A DNA stretch of 64,000 nt, taken from contig NC_086376.1 in assembly GCF_036588685.1 (NCBI RefSeq), forward strand, positions 83,121,630-83,185,629, read 5' to 3'. Source of the DNA: Mytilus trossulus. Lineage: Eukaryota. The notes below the pieces were generated by a model. The model did no database searches. It was given only the letters and a program-made list of their open reading frames with translations, and had not been told where the DNA came from. Below are positions 1-14,068 of this stretch, piece by piece; positions within the stretch are counted from its first letter, which is position 1, and each line of letters starts with the position of its first letter. The translations under genes were made by a program, and so were the position numbers.

Positions 1-210
1 AATGAACATTTTAACCACTTGCCATATTTGCTCTAAATGGTTTAGTTTCAGGGAAATAAACCAAAAACGTCATTTTAACCCATATGTTGTATTTTTAACT
101 ATGTCGGCCATGATGGTTAGAAGGCGGGGTAATCGGAAACATTTTTTTAAACTTTATACCCTCATAAAGATATGGCCAAGTATGGTTAAATTTAGTAGTC
201 TCAGAGAAGA

Positions 211-850
211 ATAAAGGCAACAGTAGTATACCGCTGTTCAAAACTCGTAAATCCACGAACAAAAACCAAAATCGAGGGAACAAACTAAAACTGTGGAAAA
301 CGCTTAAAATATAAACAACGACACAACATAAAAATGTAACACACACAGAAACAAAATAAGCATAAGGCAAAATCCGATGAGAATAACAAATATGACACCA
401 AAACTAAATACACGAGTTTGGGAATTTGTCGGCTTATAGTACTGTGAATGCACACTCAAACACAAGAGAAAACAAACGACACGACGGAAACACAACATTA
501 AAATGTAACACACACAGAAACGAACTATAATATAACAATGGCCATATTCCTGACTTGGCACAGAACATTTTTAAAGAAACACATGCATAATAGCATCAGG
601 TTTAAAATTCAATAAGCCAGAAACGCGCCGTCCACACAAGCCTCACCAACGCGAAGATATAAAAGTTTGAAAGGCAGAAAAAGTACAAAGTTGTACAGCA
701 CTGAGGAACAAAAGTTCAAAAAGGTTGTGCCAAATACGGCCAGGGTTTTCTGCTTGGGACAAGAACATCCTAATAATTTAGAACTTACTGCAAATAGTAA
801 GTTTTATCAAATGATTATTAAAGATATACATGATAAAACTGAAATATTAA
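211..850 (-). mobile_element. Interspersed repeat beginning AATAAAGGCAACAGTAGTATACCGCTGTTC, joined to a degenerate retrozyme-like segment (~590-850)
   Basis: The same terminus recurs at ~51041 and ~62878. 590-850 is a decayed reverse complement of the 354-bp hammerhead repeat. Confidence 0.6.
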
Positions 851-1275
851 CTTATTACAGAAAACAAAAAAAAACAAAAAAAAACAAAAAAAAAACAAGA
901 TACATACATTAACCAACACACAAAAGAGACACATCCGACTTAGTTTAGACCTCAACGCAAAAAGTGAAAAAGGTGACGTCACATACGAAGTTGTGAAAAG
1001 GCACACACATTACGTCACATAAGTTGAAATTCTGAAACAGCACAAACTATATTTCAAAAATAAGATTTGATTATGATTGATTTAAGAATATATTTGAACT
1101 AAATACTGATATTACATTTAATAACAATGCACATTGCAATACTTATTTTTATCAAACGAAGGTAGCAATTAACTATAATATATAGCTATGTACGGTCTGT
1201 TTTGAATTCAACTTCAAACGTAAAACATTGTTAAAAATTGACCTATAAATAATCTCATCATAGATACCAGGACTG

Positions 1276-1800
1276 AGTAAAGGGCAATAACTCATAAAGG
1301 TGTCGACTGACAATGTTTGTCATGCCGTCTTATTAGTAGATCTTACTTTGCTAATCATAATTGCAGTCTACAGATTAGCACTATCTATAATAATAATCAA
1401 GATAATTACCAAAAACTGCCAAATTTCCTTAAAAATATACCAAGACAGGGGCAGCAACCCAACAATGTTATGTTGGATTCATCTGATAAGGTAAGGGCGT
1501 TTAGATTTTAACCTAATCAACATTTTTACACACAAGTCAGATAATGCTTAAGTTTAGAGAAATAAACCAAAAATTGCATGCAAAACTTATGTTCTATTTT
1601 TAGTTATGTCGGACTCATTGCATCGGACACATTATTTTAAACTTAATACCCTAGTGATTATTGTGACAAAGTTTTGTTGAATTTGGGCCATTAGTTTTAG
1701 AGAAAAAGATCCTTGTAAAAGTTAACACACGACGACGACGACGGACGAATAATGATAAGAAAAGTTCACTTGACCTTTCGGGTCAGGTTAGCTAAAAAAA
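1276..1800 (-). mobile_element. Helentron-associated (HINE/DINE-like) non-autonomous repeat, partial
   Basis: Reverse complement of the TTTTTAGCTCACCTG...(GTC)n head seen at 12304; (GAC)n at ~1731-1748. Confidence 0.55.
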
Positions 1801-2719
1801 AGTTTAAAAGGCAAAATAAAGCACCAACCTGAAAACTGTTGGCCAAAATTTTGAAAAAGGTTTGCTAAGATTATATATGACTGATATAGAAACCCTCAAC
1901 ACTTCGATTAATACAAAAGTTTTGTAAATAGTTATTATACAATTATGCTGGACTGATGGTAACCTCATCTGAAAGTGGTTTCCACCCAATAGTTATAAAT
2001 GAGTTTTATGTACAAAACCTCATAAAAGCAATTGAAAATTTTCGTATCATTTTTGTGATCATTAGACAAATTAAAGGCTTTTTGGGCGGATTGTATTCTC
2101 ATAGGTTAACAACCTGTTGTTACGGCACCAACAGACAAGATCCGTCTTCTGTTTTTAGAATATACGGACTATATACGTTTATGTAAAATGTCGTGTCTGT
2201 ATCTCATTAATCAATACAGTAGATCGAATCGGGGTTAAACATAAACTTAGGAATTTGCTTTTCTAAAGTTTTCTAAAAGAAGCAAAGCCGGGTGAGTCGA
2301 CTGAAGAAGCGTGTCGGTATACGCTTACGTTATCAGTAATACGCATCTTCATTTTGTCGAAAGTAAATAACCGGACGCTTTAGATTTTACAATTTTAAAC
2401 TGCCAAAAAAAATGTAAACACATCGGAGTATTGTCAGTGTCATACAATGGGGCAGAAGATATTTCACAGTTGGAAATTGAAAGCTGAAATCATTACGTTT
2501 GTCATTGATTTGTTTTAAGTCGTTGATATGTTCAATAGAACCGTTTTCCCCTGCGTTGCGCATACTTATTTTAACCAAGGGCAATAACTGAAAAAAAAAT
2601 GTTTTTGTTCTCTCTAGCTTTTTGATATAACATATGTTTTCAATTGGTATAACTCTTTTCAAAAATAAAACTTCTGCACTGAATAAAGTTTCATAAAAAT
2701 CGGACAAGAATTGACAGCT

Positions 2720-2990
2720 GATAACGGATATTTTCCTAGTGTCTTCACTACAATCCCGTCCACTTTTTCAATTTACCATACCGAATTTGACTTATCATCG
2801 GGTTACATAAGCACGATGGGTGAACAATCGGAACAGGATCTAGTTACCCATTAAGAGCAATTGAGATCATCCCAGTTTTTGTTGAGGTTCGTGTTACCAG
2901 GTCCTTAGTTTCCTATGTTGTGTTTTGTGAATAATTGTTTGTCTGTAAGTTTTTTCTGTTTTATCCATGGCATTGTCAGTTTATTCCTAC
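2720..2990 (+). mobile_element. Degenerate 3' end of a Penelope-like element
   Basis: Similar to 37165-37450 (CTACAATCCC...GAGATCA...CCATGGC.TTGTCAGTTT). Confidence 0.6.
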
Positions 2991-3419
2991 TATAAAAAGA
3001 TATTGGAAGATGTAGGATGAGTGCCAATGAGACAACTCTCCATCCAAATACAATACTATACAGATTGTATGTCCTTCAGGTATCGTACGACTTTCTTTGG
3101 TAGCGATAAAAATGCTTATATTTTAAAAAGACAACTCTTTTAAAACAAACGGTCTGACAGACAGACACAAAACCGTTATTTCTATGTCCCCAGCAATGCG
3201 AAGCATGTGTCTGTAGTGTTGCTGATTAAGTATCCATTGTAATACGGTCTTTCGTTTCTCATAATATCAATCTTAAAAAAAACATTTCCATTAGTCAAAA
3301 TGTATATCAATGTCTAGCATTTTGGTAATATCTTCCAAGGTGTACTTTTTAGTTGGAATGAAAGTAGTTCTTCAGAAGTTAGTTATTTGAAGACATAAAA
3401 ATGTAAATAACACTATTCA

Positions 3420-4030
3420 AATTTTATTTAAATAACGATGTATAGCCTGCTCACCTAGATATTTGATCAGCTAAACGTTTTCTTTTTAAATACTATTTTC
3501 CTTTAAAAAATCGCTTTTCTAGATAACCATCTTCATTAAGAACGCTGATAGCCAAATACTTGAAAGCAAAAAATACATAAGAACCGACACAAGACATAAA
3601 TAAACATACCATAATTGTCAAATCCATCAAGGGTAAACTTTATTAGGAGGAGTTGGAACTCTTTAATTTCTCTATTCTACACACGTTCAATTAAGATGGT
3701 AAATTTAGTTACCGAAGCACTGGCCACTTAATAATTGAATTGTATCTAAGATTTCCATTTTTTAGAAAGTTTAATGAACTGGTGATTTCAATCATCTAAT
3801 CGCACATTGGGAATAGCAGTGTACGTGAAGGAAATAACGGAGCCATCCGAAAAAGTGTGAAGATTTTGATTGAAGAATCAAACTTTTGCTGAAACCAATT
3901 CGACTGAAACTACCATATTGAATAAGGTGCATCCCAATGTTTTCGAAGGGTAAAAGTCAATATTTTAGAAAGACATTTAGCTGATTAACCATCTAGGCGA
4001 GCAGGCTATATATTGTTCTTTAAAGAAATA
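3420..4030. mobile_element. MITE-like element with ~70-bp imperfect terminal inverted repeats
   Basis: TATAGCCTGCTCACCTAGAT...TCAGCTAAA (~3441-3475) is inverted at TTTAGCTGA...ATCTAGGCGAGCAGGCTATA (~3977-4010). Confidence 0.55.
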
Positions 4031-5192
4031 ATGTGAGAAGTTGAGGTGTTTAATGTGCCCTCAAGTGATAGAACATAAGCTCAGCAATATCTCAGGTCTA
4101 CCAGTTGATGTGTTTCTGATATCTAATAAATAATAGCTCATGGCTAATTTAGGTGTCGAAGATGATACTTCAAAATGTTCTACATCTAGTGTCCTTGTTA
4201 GACAATTTATATGAAGGTAAATGATGTTTTATTAATACGAACATTTGTTACAAACAAATCTTCGTAATGAATCTTATGCCTTTGATTAGGTTTTAAAATT
4301 AAAATAATTTGCGAACATTTCTTTTTAATCTTTTAAATTATGTTGTTATACGGCAAATAAATTGGATATTTGCCAAAATATCTTTATCTACGCTGTTTAA
4401 AAGGGTATTGATCGCGTGTTCAGTGTAATGGCCTGTATGGTACATGTATTTGATTATTATATAGTTCTTTCGACCGATTTTTTTAAGAACATTTGTCTGC
4501 GGAAACATTTCATCACAGTATGCATCATTTTGACGATAACGAAATATTCGACATATTAACCCTTAGTACACATTTCCCTGTTTCGAGTAAGTCTTATCAT
4601 TTCAAAATTTATGTTATCTTAATAGCCTTTGTTGTTTGCTTTAGTGAATGAAATAATCATTAAATTCTTGACATACTTGTCAAACTTAAAAAACGTGATC
4701 TCTCACCAAAAGTGTCCATATGGGTCAATATCCCTAATGCGTCTCAAACTGAGGAAAATACAAGTTGGATGTAAACCAAATAGCTCTGTATAGTGATATC
4801 GGACATGTTTCTGGCATGTCTTATATCAGTACACAGAGATAATCACATATGTTGTCAAATGTTCGGGTTATGACGTGAACCTTTTTTTCCGTAATTTAGC
4901 ATACCCCAAATATCCTTTCGTGATGCGGGTCCTTTAACACAAAAAGTTCTTTGAAGATTTAATACTTTGAATACACCCAATAGATCCTTAGTTTTTTAAA
5001 AAAATATTGTATGTTACTTTACCTTTGTAATTAACACAAGTAGTTCATGTGAATGTCTCAGCTTCGAAACCAGCCATTATGCATATCCAAGTTTACGATA
5101 TGGACTGAGCTACAGTAGAAAACGTTACCATTACTGCCTAAGGAGAAACAGTTGGGCAAAATGTCCCATATTATGTTACTGAACTCTCACTG

Positions 5193-5232
5193 GTCACTGA
5201 TGAGTCTTTTGTAGACGAAACGAGCGTCTGGC
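5193..5232 (+). ncRNA. Type I hammerhead ribozyme motif (solo retrozyme fragment)
   Basis: GTCA-CTGATGA-GTCT(tttgt)AGAC-GAAA-C(gagc)GTC-TGGC: core intact, stems I and II pair. Confidence 0.7.
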
Positions 5233-7196
5233 GTATTAATATAAAATTTCAATTCTGGTATCTTTAATATTATTTTTACCTTAACATGTCTAGTTGATGC
5301 GGGACGTCGAAACGCCGTGTCCTAATCATTAATGTATACACCTGTTCATATTTCCAAAACGCCCGAAAGTCTCCCTCTTAATTAAAAAGTGCTTCTGATC
5401 AAAATTGTTGTTTGAAATCAAACTCGGTGTAGATTATCACAGGGGCCTTTTACTTCAGTAAACAAAAACACCGTTTGTGCAATGGTTTATTCCAATGGTT
5501 GCTTGAAAGCATATGTTGTCATTTGTATAAAAGGGGACATATACATACCAAGTTATATCTTCAACTCCTTCAAAAAATTTTGATGATTATATTTAAACAC
5601 ACATATATATTATTTTTAAAAGATTAATGACGGCTCCAAGTTTGTACAACGGACGGTGAGGTTAGGTAACAAATTGGAAAATCTCTAGCTTGCATCATTT
5701 CCTACGTATCAGTTACGTTCGGTACCGTTAGTGTTTTCATTCATCAGGATTAAATATAAAAAATCGAATTGCATGTAAGTAAACACTATCGTAGATCATT
5801 TAGTTAATACATACGTCCATCAATCAAACTGGCATTACGCTAGTATTAACTGGGGGGATGTGGATACAATTAATTCGGAATATTGATTTGCGTTTCTGTG
5901 TTGTTGTTTTTTTACGATAGAAAATAAAATACATTTGATTTTTCTCTTGTATATCATACATTTGTAATTTCGAATCATTAAAATACTGTCTATGGACGAC
6001 TTTCTGAAAGATGTTGTGAACTGTTGCGTTAGTTTCTCATCAGATAAAAAAAAGAAAATTTGTCATATACTTTTAGAAAATTGCACTGAATATCTTGATG
6101 ACTATTTAACTTATGGCTGTATCACAGGTGGGTGATCTAAAGCTGGTAACACAAAGGGCGGTCCATTTAGCAAAATTTCAGAATCAGCAGCTGGGATATC
6201 TATAGTCTGCATAAGATAAAGTAAATTTCGTTCCGGTTTTGTGATGGTGCTTCAATAATTCATCGTGTTGACATGACGAAACTTTGTATGAAGAGTTCAT
6301 TTGAAAATGAATAAAACTAACAGTAAACAAAGTTCTATTTATTAGGGTGGTAGAGGATGTTTCTTAATTTTTCAAATTCATATTAGCTTGTTTTTCAAGG
6401 CAAAGTGTGTCTTTTTATATTTTGATGTTACACTATTGTTTCCGATAAGGGATATGGTTGGATACCATTAAAACCCGCTATAATTGTTAATGGCTAACTT
6501 TTTTAAATTGTGACTTGAATGGAAAGTTGTCTCATTGACACTCATAGTGCATCTGCTTATAGCTTTAAGTGACAGGTAAATACATGGAGTTTTACGGCTA
6601 AACTTACACATGCTCCAATTAGCATAATAGTAGAAGGAACGGACGACTTGATTTGTATGTTCGCAGTACACATATATGTTAATTCATTAGACGAATTTAT
6701 TTTCCATCTAATATTATTTTCAAATATTGTAAATGTGCATGAACTGGCAGTCTTTATTTATAAAATATTTGAAAATAATTTAAGTGAAACTAAACTTGTA
6801 TTCCTAGTATTTCTAAATAGCAATAAGTATCATGTAAGTAATTTCGGTTATATCTGGAATTCAAATAAAAAGATTTATCTACTTTTTTGTCTTTGTAATC
6901 AAATTCCTTCATTGTGTATTATGTCTTTTATTTATTTTTTCAATCTTAATCATCATCAAATAAATTAAAATTTAAATAAGAATTATAATGTGTAATTACA
7001 TTAATAATTTTGTGAACCATCAATACAGTGGTAGGCGAGATAACCCGACCTTTAACAACATGGTGAACTTATATTTATACTAGCAAATCATCAATTTGTT
7101 TATTGGATATATAGTTTATGTCACGGACCAATGAAATAATGTTAATTTAAACGTGAAAGTTGTTTAATAATTTTACTGATCGGTCATACAGAAGTA

Positions 7197-7237
7197 ATGG
7201 AAATAAAATTTGTTAAATGGGTGTTTGTGCACAACAG
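7197..7237 (+). CDS. Candidate first coding exon of LRR gene copy 1 (MEIKFVKWVFVHN-R)
   Basis: ATG to AG|GTAGGT, phase 2, compatible with the LRR exons. ATG, length and donor are conserved in the paralogue at 18432-18472. Confidence 0.4.
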
Positions 7238-8434
7238 GTAGGTAAACAAAATCTCTTTTTATTGATATAAAGTACGGAAAAGAATTTAGATTATTTAAGT
7301 ATAAAAAAAAATCATAATCATTTTATTTTCATCAGTAAATGCTTCAAATAGCTTTTCTCTTTTAAATAGAAGAAGGAAAACCCAATATGATTTGTAAAAT
7401 AACCAACTGTATCTATTTTGAATTCACCATAATTGTAACAGTATTGATGTCTTTTGGTATTGACAAAAATAGGTATATACTAAGGCTATATTATAGTTGC
7501 ATAAAATATAATTTAATGAAACCTCAGCTTTATGTTTCAAAAGGTAAAATGTAACCCTTAGCTATATACGGCAAAATGTTTAGTAATTGGTGGTCCCCAA
7601 ACTTTATGTGGCCTTTTTTTTAACGTTTTATTTTTTAAATCAAGCGTCTTTTGTAGATGAAACGCGCATCTGGCGCAAATATTTTTTTTAATCCTGGTAT
7701 CTATGATGAGTTTATGTAACAGAGTTAGTTCTGTTTTACTCCATCATGTTAAAAATATTTTCAAAAAAGTTTATAACAGATCACACTTTATCTACTTGTA
7801 TATATTATAACATTACAAAGTATTACTACACTTAGTAGATTTTATTCAAACAACTTTGTACTTGATGAATCGCATACAGACAGGAAACACTTAAAATTAA
7901 TGTAATAAAATTTTTTAAATTCGTGGTAATATGTTACTCACTCTTTGCTTTTATTTTTGTTTTTATATATATATTCTTTTTGCTTTTATTCTTGTTTTTA
8001 TATTCTATTCTTAACTATAAACATTAGATTCTATTATTAAATATATAATCCTACTAAAATTTAAGATTTCCAAGTATTCCTGTCTGTTCTGCTGTGACCC
8101 TTGTCAGGAAGCTTTTCTTTTTAAAAAGGAAGGAAGTGGTTTTCTAGCTGTGGAAAATAACAGGAAAATGTTTTAACAAAGAATAAGCGGCTCTTGTTGG
8201 CAAAACTGGCCCAACTTCCGAATCTATTGATATTCCTTTTAATTTATAGACATTGACGATTATAAACATGTGTAAAGCCATAAATAATAAATAAAATAAT
8301 ATATATAAGTTTTTATGTATTATGTTTCAAAAGTTTTCAACTCTCTATTTTCGATGCTATTTAAAACGAAAAATAATGTTTGTATTTATGAAAATGATCG
8401 GATTATGACTAATGCATAAACAACTATTTTTCAG

Positions 8435-8506
8435 GCACTTGTACAGCAATCAGATGAGAACGTTAAATGCAAATTTATACCAAGGTTTGACTTCTCTTCA
8501 AGACTT
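8435..8506 (+). CDS. 72-bp LRR exon, type A (HLYSNQMRTLNANLYQGLTSLQDL)
   Basis: TTTTCAG acceptor, GTAAGT donor, phase 2-2, matches the 24-aa extracellular LRR consensus xLxxNxLxxLxxxxFxGLxxLxxL. Confidence 0.85.
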
Positions 8507-9818
8507 GTAAGTAAATCAAATTAAAAAAAATTATCTCCTTTCATGTTTTGCTTGTCCTTAAATCGTAATCTTTACAACGTTTTACGTTTTACCAAGAAAT
8601 ACTTGTATTTCATTTATAAATTAATCTTCTGTTTAAGGTATGCCATAACTGTCATTAATGAATGAATAAAAATACATATATAATTTCGAGCAAATAGACA
8701 AGATTTTTTTAATTGTACGAATTAAGTCAATACACATGATTCATTGTTTGAAAAATTAGCGAGAAAGACCTGGCTTTTTTTAATTGCAATCAGGTCTTCA
8801 AAAAGGAAAATAATATTATCAATTTGCTGATATACACCCTATGTATGTAAGTAATTAATAACATTAACGGTACCAATTGTTCTGCACTAGATGCGCATTT
8901 AAAAAAATCCATGTCTCTTCAATGATGCTCGAGGCCAAAATAAATGAAAATCTAAAGCCACTCATCTACATTTTCAACTATAACTTGCAAATAGGGGTCA
9001 GTTAATGACACAACTTAAGGATAGCATAGATGATTTTTAATTTTATACTCAGAATTTTCATACTGGACATTTCATATATTGCCTATTTGATACAATATTT
9101 CAGAGTTTGCGTTTCCTATTGCTTGTATAATGATTTTGGTGACTGTTCGTTCTGCTTACATAGAAGTTATTGAACCAAGGGTTCAAAGTGATAAAGTTGA
9201 CATTATCACTTTGGAGGTTTTACGATCGTCGATGAACCGGTTCATAGATGGTACAATTGTGTCGGATATGATACGAATATGTTCTTAATGTCATAACCAC
9301 TATCTTGTCATGTTTTTTTTTCTTCGATTGTGACATTACGTTATGATACATCACCGAAATTTAACTAACAATGAGCATCACCAGTGATGCGTATTGAGCA
9401 ATTATTGCCTTCTCTACTGGATTATCTGTGATCATCCCCGAGTTTAAGTAATGCACAGTCTTTAATTTTGTTTCTAGTGTTGTATAGATTATTCGGCAGT
9501 GTTTCGTGTTATGTTGTCATGGCTTTGCCAGGTCTCTTCGACTTTCGGGTTTAGAATGTTCATGTGGTATCTTCCTCCTCTTTGTCACATGTTTCATTGT
9601 GGAATACAGGTATACTTTATATTTGTAGGTACGACAACTTGTATCAAAGGTTATAAACATCATGTTAAGACTTCTTTTGATATATTTCTTCAATTTATTT
9701 TCAAAGTCAGATGATACCGGAGAAATTCAGATTTTTCAAAATATCAAAACCAAACAGAGAACTCAATTGCAAACTTTAAAAAAATCTTGAAAAGAAAAAC
9801 CATGAGATGGTATCTGAG

Positions 9819-9860
9819 CGTCACTGAAGAGTCTTATGTAGACGAAACGCGCGTCTGGCG
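9819..9860 (+). ncRNA. Type I hammerhead ribozyme within an ~80-bp retrozyme insertion (~9815-9894)
   Basis: CGTCA-CTGAAGA-GTCT/AGAC-GAAA-CGCGCGTC-TGGCG. Absent from the paralogous site at ~21230. Confidence 0.8.
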
Positions 9861-10011
9861 TATAAAATTATAATCCTGGTACTTTTGATAACTATATACC
9901 GCTAATAAATACAGTCACACATGAGTAAGAATTTTTAATCAAAAAGCTAAATAAATTTTATGAATATCACCAATGAAATGCAGAAATGATTTTCAAAAAC
10001 ATTATGTTCAG

Positions 10012-10080
10012 GAACTTGAACAGAAAACTGATCACCATTGTTGCAAATTTTTTCCAATGGTCGACGGCTCTTGGAATCTT
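10012..10080 (+). CDS. 69-bp divergent LRR exon, type B (NLNRKLITIVANFFQWSTALGIL)
   Basis: TTCAG acceptor, GTAAGT donor, phase 2-2, one codon shorter than the paralogues at 21358 and 27105. Confidence 0.7.
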
Positions 10081-10755
10081 GTAAGTAAATTTGTTCACAA
10101 TTGTTTCCTTGAATAATGTGCATGTTTTCTTAATCTGTTTCTTTTTTATTTATTCTTAAATTTTATGAAAGGGAAATGAAAATGAGAGTTGGAAAACATT
10201 TATGGGAATGTTATTTTGAAAAAAGTTTCTAAAGTTTCCTAGAAATAATAAAATATTCCTTATTATTATCATGAACTTTCACGTTAAATTGTATCATTTC
10301 TAAGAAAAATAAGACTGCTTTGAATCTTGAAAAACCATTGTTTATATATTTTGTCGTCCGATTATTTTGGATGGTTCCTATATACGGCAACTGAGATAAC
10401 AAGATGAGTGAAAACCTGGTTGTTATTATTTTGACACCAAACCTCCTTAAAGGGATATATCATAATCAATTAGACACTATATCATCTTTGAAGTAAACAA
10501 AGAAAACAATGCCAGCGGACCAATCAAAATGATTTTTTTTATGTAATGCAAATTAAATGCAAATTACTCGCAGTTACACTACATTTATCTCAAAAGATTT
10601 TCTATTTTTACTATATAATATTATTTGAGCTAAAGAAGAAGGTGGAATGAGGACTTTTTTGCCCTTTATTTTAACATTTGTTGGATGTATTCACACAAAG
10701 TGGAAATATTTAGGTATTAAAGAAATAAATTATTATATTGAATTTTCTTTGCCAG

Positions 10756-10960
10756 GAAACGCAGAGTTAGTCGTAAAGATGTCACTAAAACCAAAGGAAA
10801 AGCTACCTATAGTTGATGGCGGTGAATTCTAGAGAAAACATGTATAACATTACCAAGCAACATGTACTAAAATAATTCAATGTTTTAACTTCCATTGTAA
10901 ATGTTTGTGTATTCTGTATTAGTGAGTGAATGATATTAAATGTTTTAGAAATAAAATGTA
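10756..10960 (+). CDS. Candidate terminal exon and 3' UTR of LRR gene copy 1
   Basis: TTTTCTTTGCCAG acceptor; stop at 10816 (phase-2 entry) or 10832 (phase-1 entry); AATAAA at ~10950; all conserved at 30152-30350. Confidence 0.4.
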
Positions 10961-12303
10961 CAGTATCGTTGATATGAGTTCTAGGAATCTTTATTTTTAA
11001 ATGTGTAATTGATATTTGATTTCTGTGATAATCTAATTGAGAAGTTATAGCCTTCGCTTAATTTTCTGAGTCTGTATTACAACTATATTAGAATATATTG
11101 CTTCGTTAACACTCCCGCCTTCAGACGTAGTAAATGTGTTTCATAGTTTAAGGATGGTGTTTTTAGTATTGTTTAAAGCATTTATTTTAGTACTGTTTCA
11201 GTCATTATTGTTATGACATTTTCGATATTCAGATGCAGTTCAATACGTATACACAAGATGAGTGCAAAATTATATCGATGTTTGTCCTCTAGGTTTCCCA
11301 TTAATGTACCCGTTTCCTTAATGAAGTTTCGGCATAAACCTAATCAAATTGTAGCAGTGATCGCCGTGAAGAAGAAGCTAGGAAAAGCAAATACACTTTA
11401 CTTATAATATAAGTGTATTCATATAGTATACAGGAGGCTTCAAGCCACACTTAATTCCCTTAAGGTTTGTTCGTGGTCTTGGAATATAGTTCCCAACTAT
11501 TGGGTCATGCTTCCAACGTATTCTGTCTACTGTTTTCTGTGAAATGTTCACTATTTAAGGGGTCATATCAGTTGCATATATATTGAAATAAGTAAAACAT
11601 TTGGCAAAAATGTATTGTTGAAAGTGAAAGTAGTCATTTCGCCAAAATGAAAGAAGGGAAGAAATTAGCCGTAGTCGTCATTTATTCAAGGTTCAAATTT
11701 TACCATTTGCTGTATAATCGGGCCCTCAAACGAGAAAGCACTGATTGATTGTCCAAGAGGCATTTTTCATTAGAATAAAAATGGTCTTTAAGCAGTTACA
11801 TTTATTTCATGTTTGAAGCAGTTCAATTTTTTAAATTTAATATGACTTATAACCAAAAAAAATGCAATGTAGCAAAAAGGAAGAATAATTGTGGTATGAG
11901 ACAAGAAACGCGAAAATAATGGTATTAAGCAGAAAGAAAATAAATAATGGACTTTGGTAAAACAAAATAAGGGGAAAGGGCTTTTAAACTTTTTCTTAAA
12001 TTCTTCAGACAAATCTTCTGACATAAATTTTTCCTATTACAGGTTACAAGCTGTATATGCCCGCAATTTTGCGGGTCTGTTCTAGTATATTTAACGTGAT
12101 AGGAGCCAAATTTAATGTTGTCGTCATTAATACATCGAGCTTGTGGTTAAATATGGTCACTATCAAAATGTTTTCCTTATTTCAATTACTCAATATCCTT
12201 TGCGATTAAACTAGCTCCAGACCTCAATTAGTTACTTATATTGTTGATGGTTCACAACTATATTGTTTCCTTGAAAAGTGTGCATGTTTTCTTAAAGTGA
12301 TCT

Positions 12304-12363
12304 TTTTAGCTCACCTGGCCCAAAGAGCAAAGCGAGCTTTTCTCATCACTTTGCGTCCGTCGT

Positions 12364-12400
<37 letters not shown>

Positions 12401-13215
12401 TGTCTGTTAACTTACAAAAATTTCCTCCTCTGAAACTACTGGGTCAAATTTAACAAAACTTGGCCAAAATCATGGGGTATCTTGTTTAAAAAATATGTCC
12501 GGTGACCTGGCTAACAAACCAAGATGGCCGCCACGGCTTAAAATAGAACATAGGGGCAAATGTATATTTTGGCTTATAACTCTGAAACCAAAGCATTTAG
12601 AGCAAATGACATGAGGTAAAATTGTTAATCAAGTAAAGATCTATCTGACCTGAAATTTTCAGATTAATCGGACAATGGGTTGTTGGGTTGCTGCCTTGTT
12701 ATCTTGAAAATTATTATAGATAGAGATACACTGTAAACAACAGTAATGATTAGCAAAGTAAGATCTACAAATAAGTCAACATTATCAAAATGGTCAGTTG
12801 ACCCCTCAAGGAGTAATTGCCCTTAATAGTATTTTTTTACCAATTTTTCATAAATTTTTGTAATCTTTTTCAAAAATCTTCTCCTCTAAAACAATTGGAC
12901 CAAATTTAACAAAACTTAGCTACAATCATTATTAGGGTATCTTGTTTTAAAAAAAAATGTGTGCGGTGACTCAGCCAACCAAACAAGATGGCCGCCGTAG
13001 CTAAAAATAGAACATAGGGGTGAATGTAGATTTTGGCTTATAACTCTGAAACCAAAGCATTTAAAGCAAATCTTACTATGTTCTGAGTTAACTTGTTTAT
13101 CTAGTAAATATCTTTCTTCCCTGAAATTTTTAGTCGAATCGGACAACTGGTTGTTGGGTTGCTGTTCCCCAATTGGTAATTTTTAAAGAAATTTATCCGT
13201 TTTTAGTTTTATTTC
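12304..13215 (+). mobile_element. Helentron-associated (HINE-like) repeat with (GTC)n microsatellite and ~455-bp internal duplication
   Basis: Head TTTTTAGCTCACCTGGCCC, (GTC)n at ~12355-12400, repeated core at ~12430 and ~12887; related copies at 1-210, 1276-1800 and 15903-16222. Confidence 0.6.
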
Positions 13216-13600
13216 GCAAATTACTTTTTAAAAATTGTACCGGAGTCTCTAATGTTAGCTTAAACTGTTTTTGTTTTGTATAAATTTCAAGATGGTGATA
13301 GTTCTATAATTAGATTAGACATGATTCATTTTACATCGCGATCATACTGATAAAGGATATCTGTTATTCAAGATATCTAACATTTGTTCATTGTATTGTT
13401 ATTTTTGGTGATATTGTTCCCTTTTAGACTGATAGATATAATTCGTCTAAACATCAGCCAAGCAATGTCAGATCTGTTAATTTGTTTTCGCAAATACAAT
13501 GTATTTTGTTCTTTCTTTGCTGGGATACTGAGATATCGTGACATCAAATCGCCTGCATTGTAGCTTAATAAATTATGTTTAAGGGAAACTACCTACATGT

Positions 13601-14068
13601 TACGGGGCGCCGAATGGGACTCTTGTGGTTTTGTACTCAAAATTCAATTTTGTACGGACAAAAGTGACTTTTGTTCAACAAAAATGAGTTCAGTTTAACA
13701 AAATTTGTATCCTTCTACAAATTTAAAATTTTGTCATACAAAATTATCTATCAGCGGACAAAAGTCACTTTTGTCATGACAAAATTCATTTTTGTTACAC
13801 AGACTTGACTTTTGTTACCTATTTTGAAAATTGGGCGACAAAAGTCAATTTTGCATTCAAATTAGTTTAGTTTGGTTTCTGTGATTTAATTTGCATACAA
13901 AATCGACTTTTGTTACACAAAATTGACTTTTGTGAGACAAAATTGTCTTTTGTGAGACAAAATTGACTTTTGTGAGACAAAATTGACTTTTGTGAGACAA
14001 AATTGACTTTTGTGAGACAAAATTGACTTTTGTGAGACAAAATTGACTTTTGTGAGACAAAATTGACA
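13601..14068. mobile_element. Left end of a TACGG-terminated DNA element with a 20-bp hairpin-unit tandem array
   Basis: Starts TACGGGGCGCC. Unit ACAAAATTGACTTTTGTGAG is near-perfect at ~13897-14067 and degenerate at 13640-13855. No right end seen. Confidence 0.55.

Larger units (their letters stand above)
7020..11320 (+). repeat. Segmental duplication unit, copy 1 (LRR locus)
   Basis: 7020-10090 is collinear with ~18060-21440 and, from ~7400 on, with ~21890-27190. 10090-11320 is collinear with ~29460-30720. Confidence 0.85.

Noticed and set aside
7641-7676. Additional hammerheads at ~7641, 18925, 22140 and 58575
   Set aside because: The catalytic core is deleted or mutated; counted only as decayed repeat fragments
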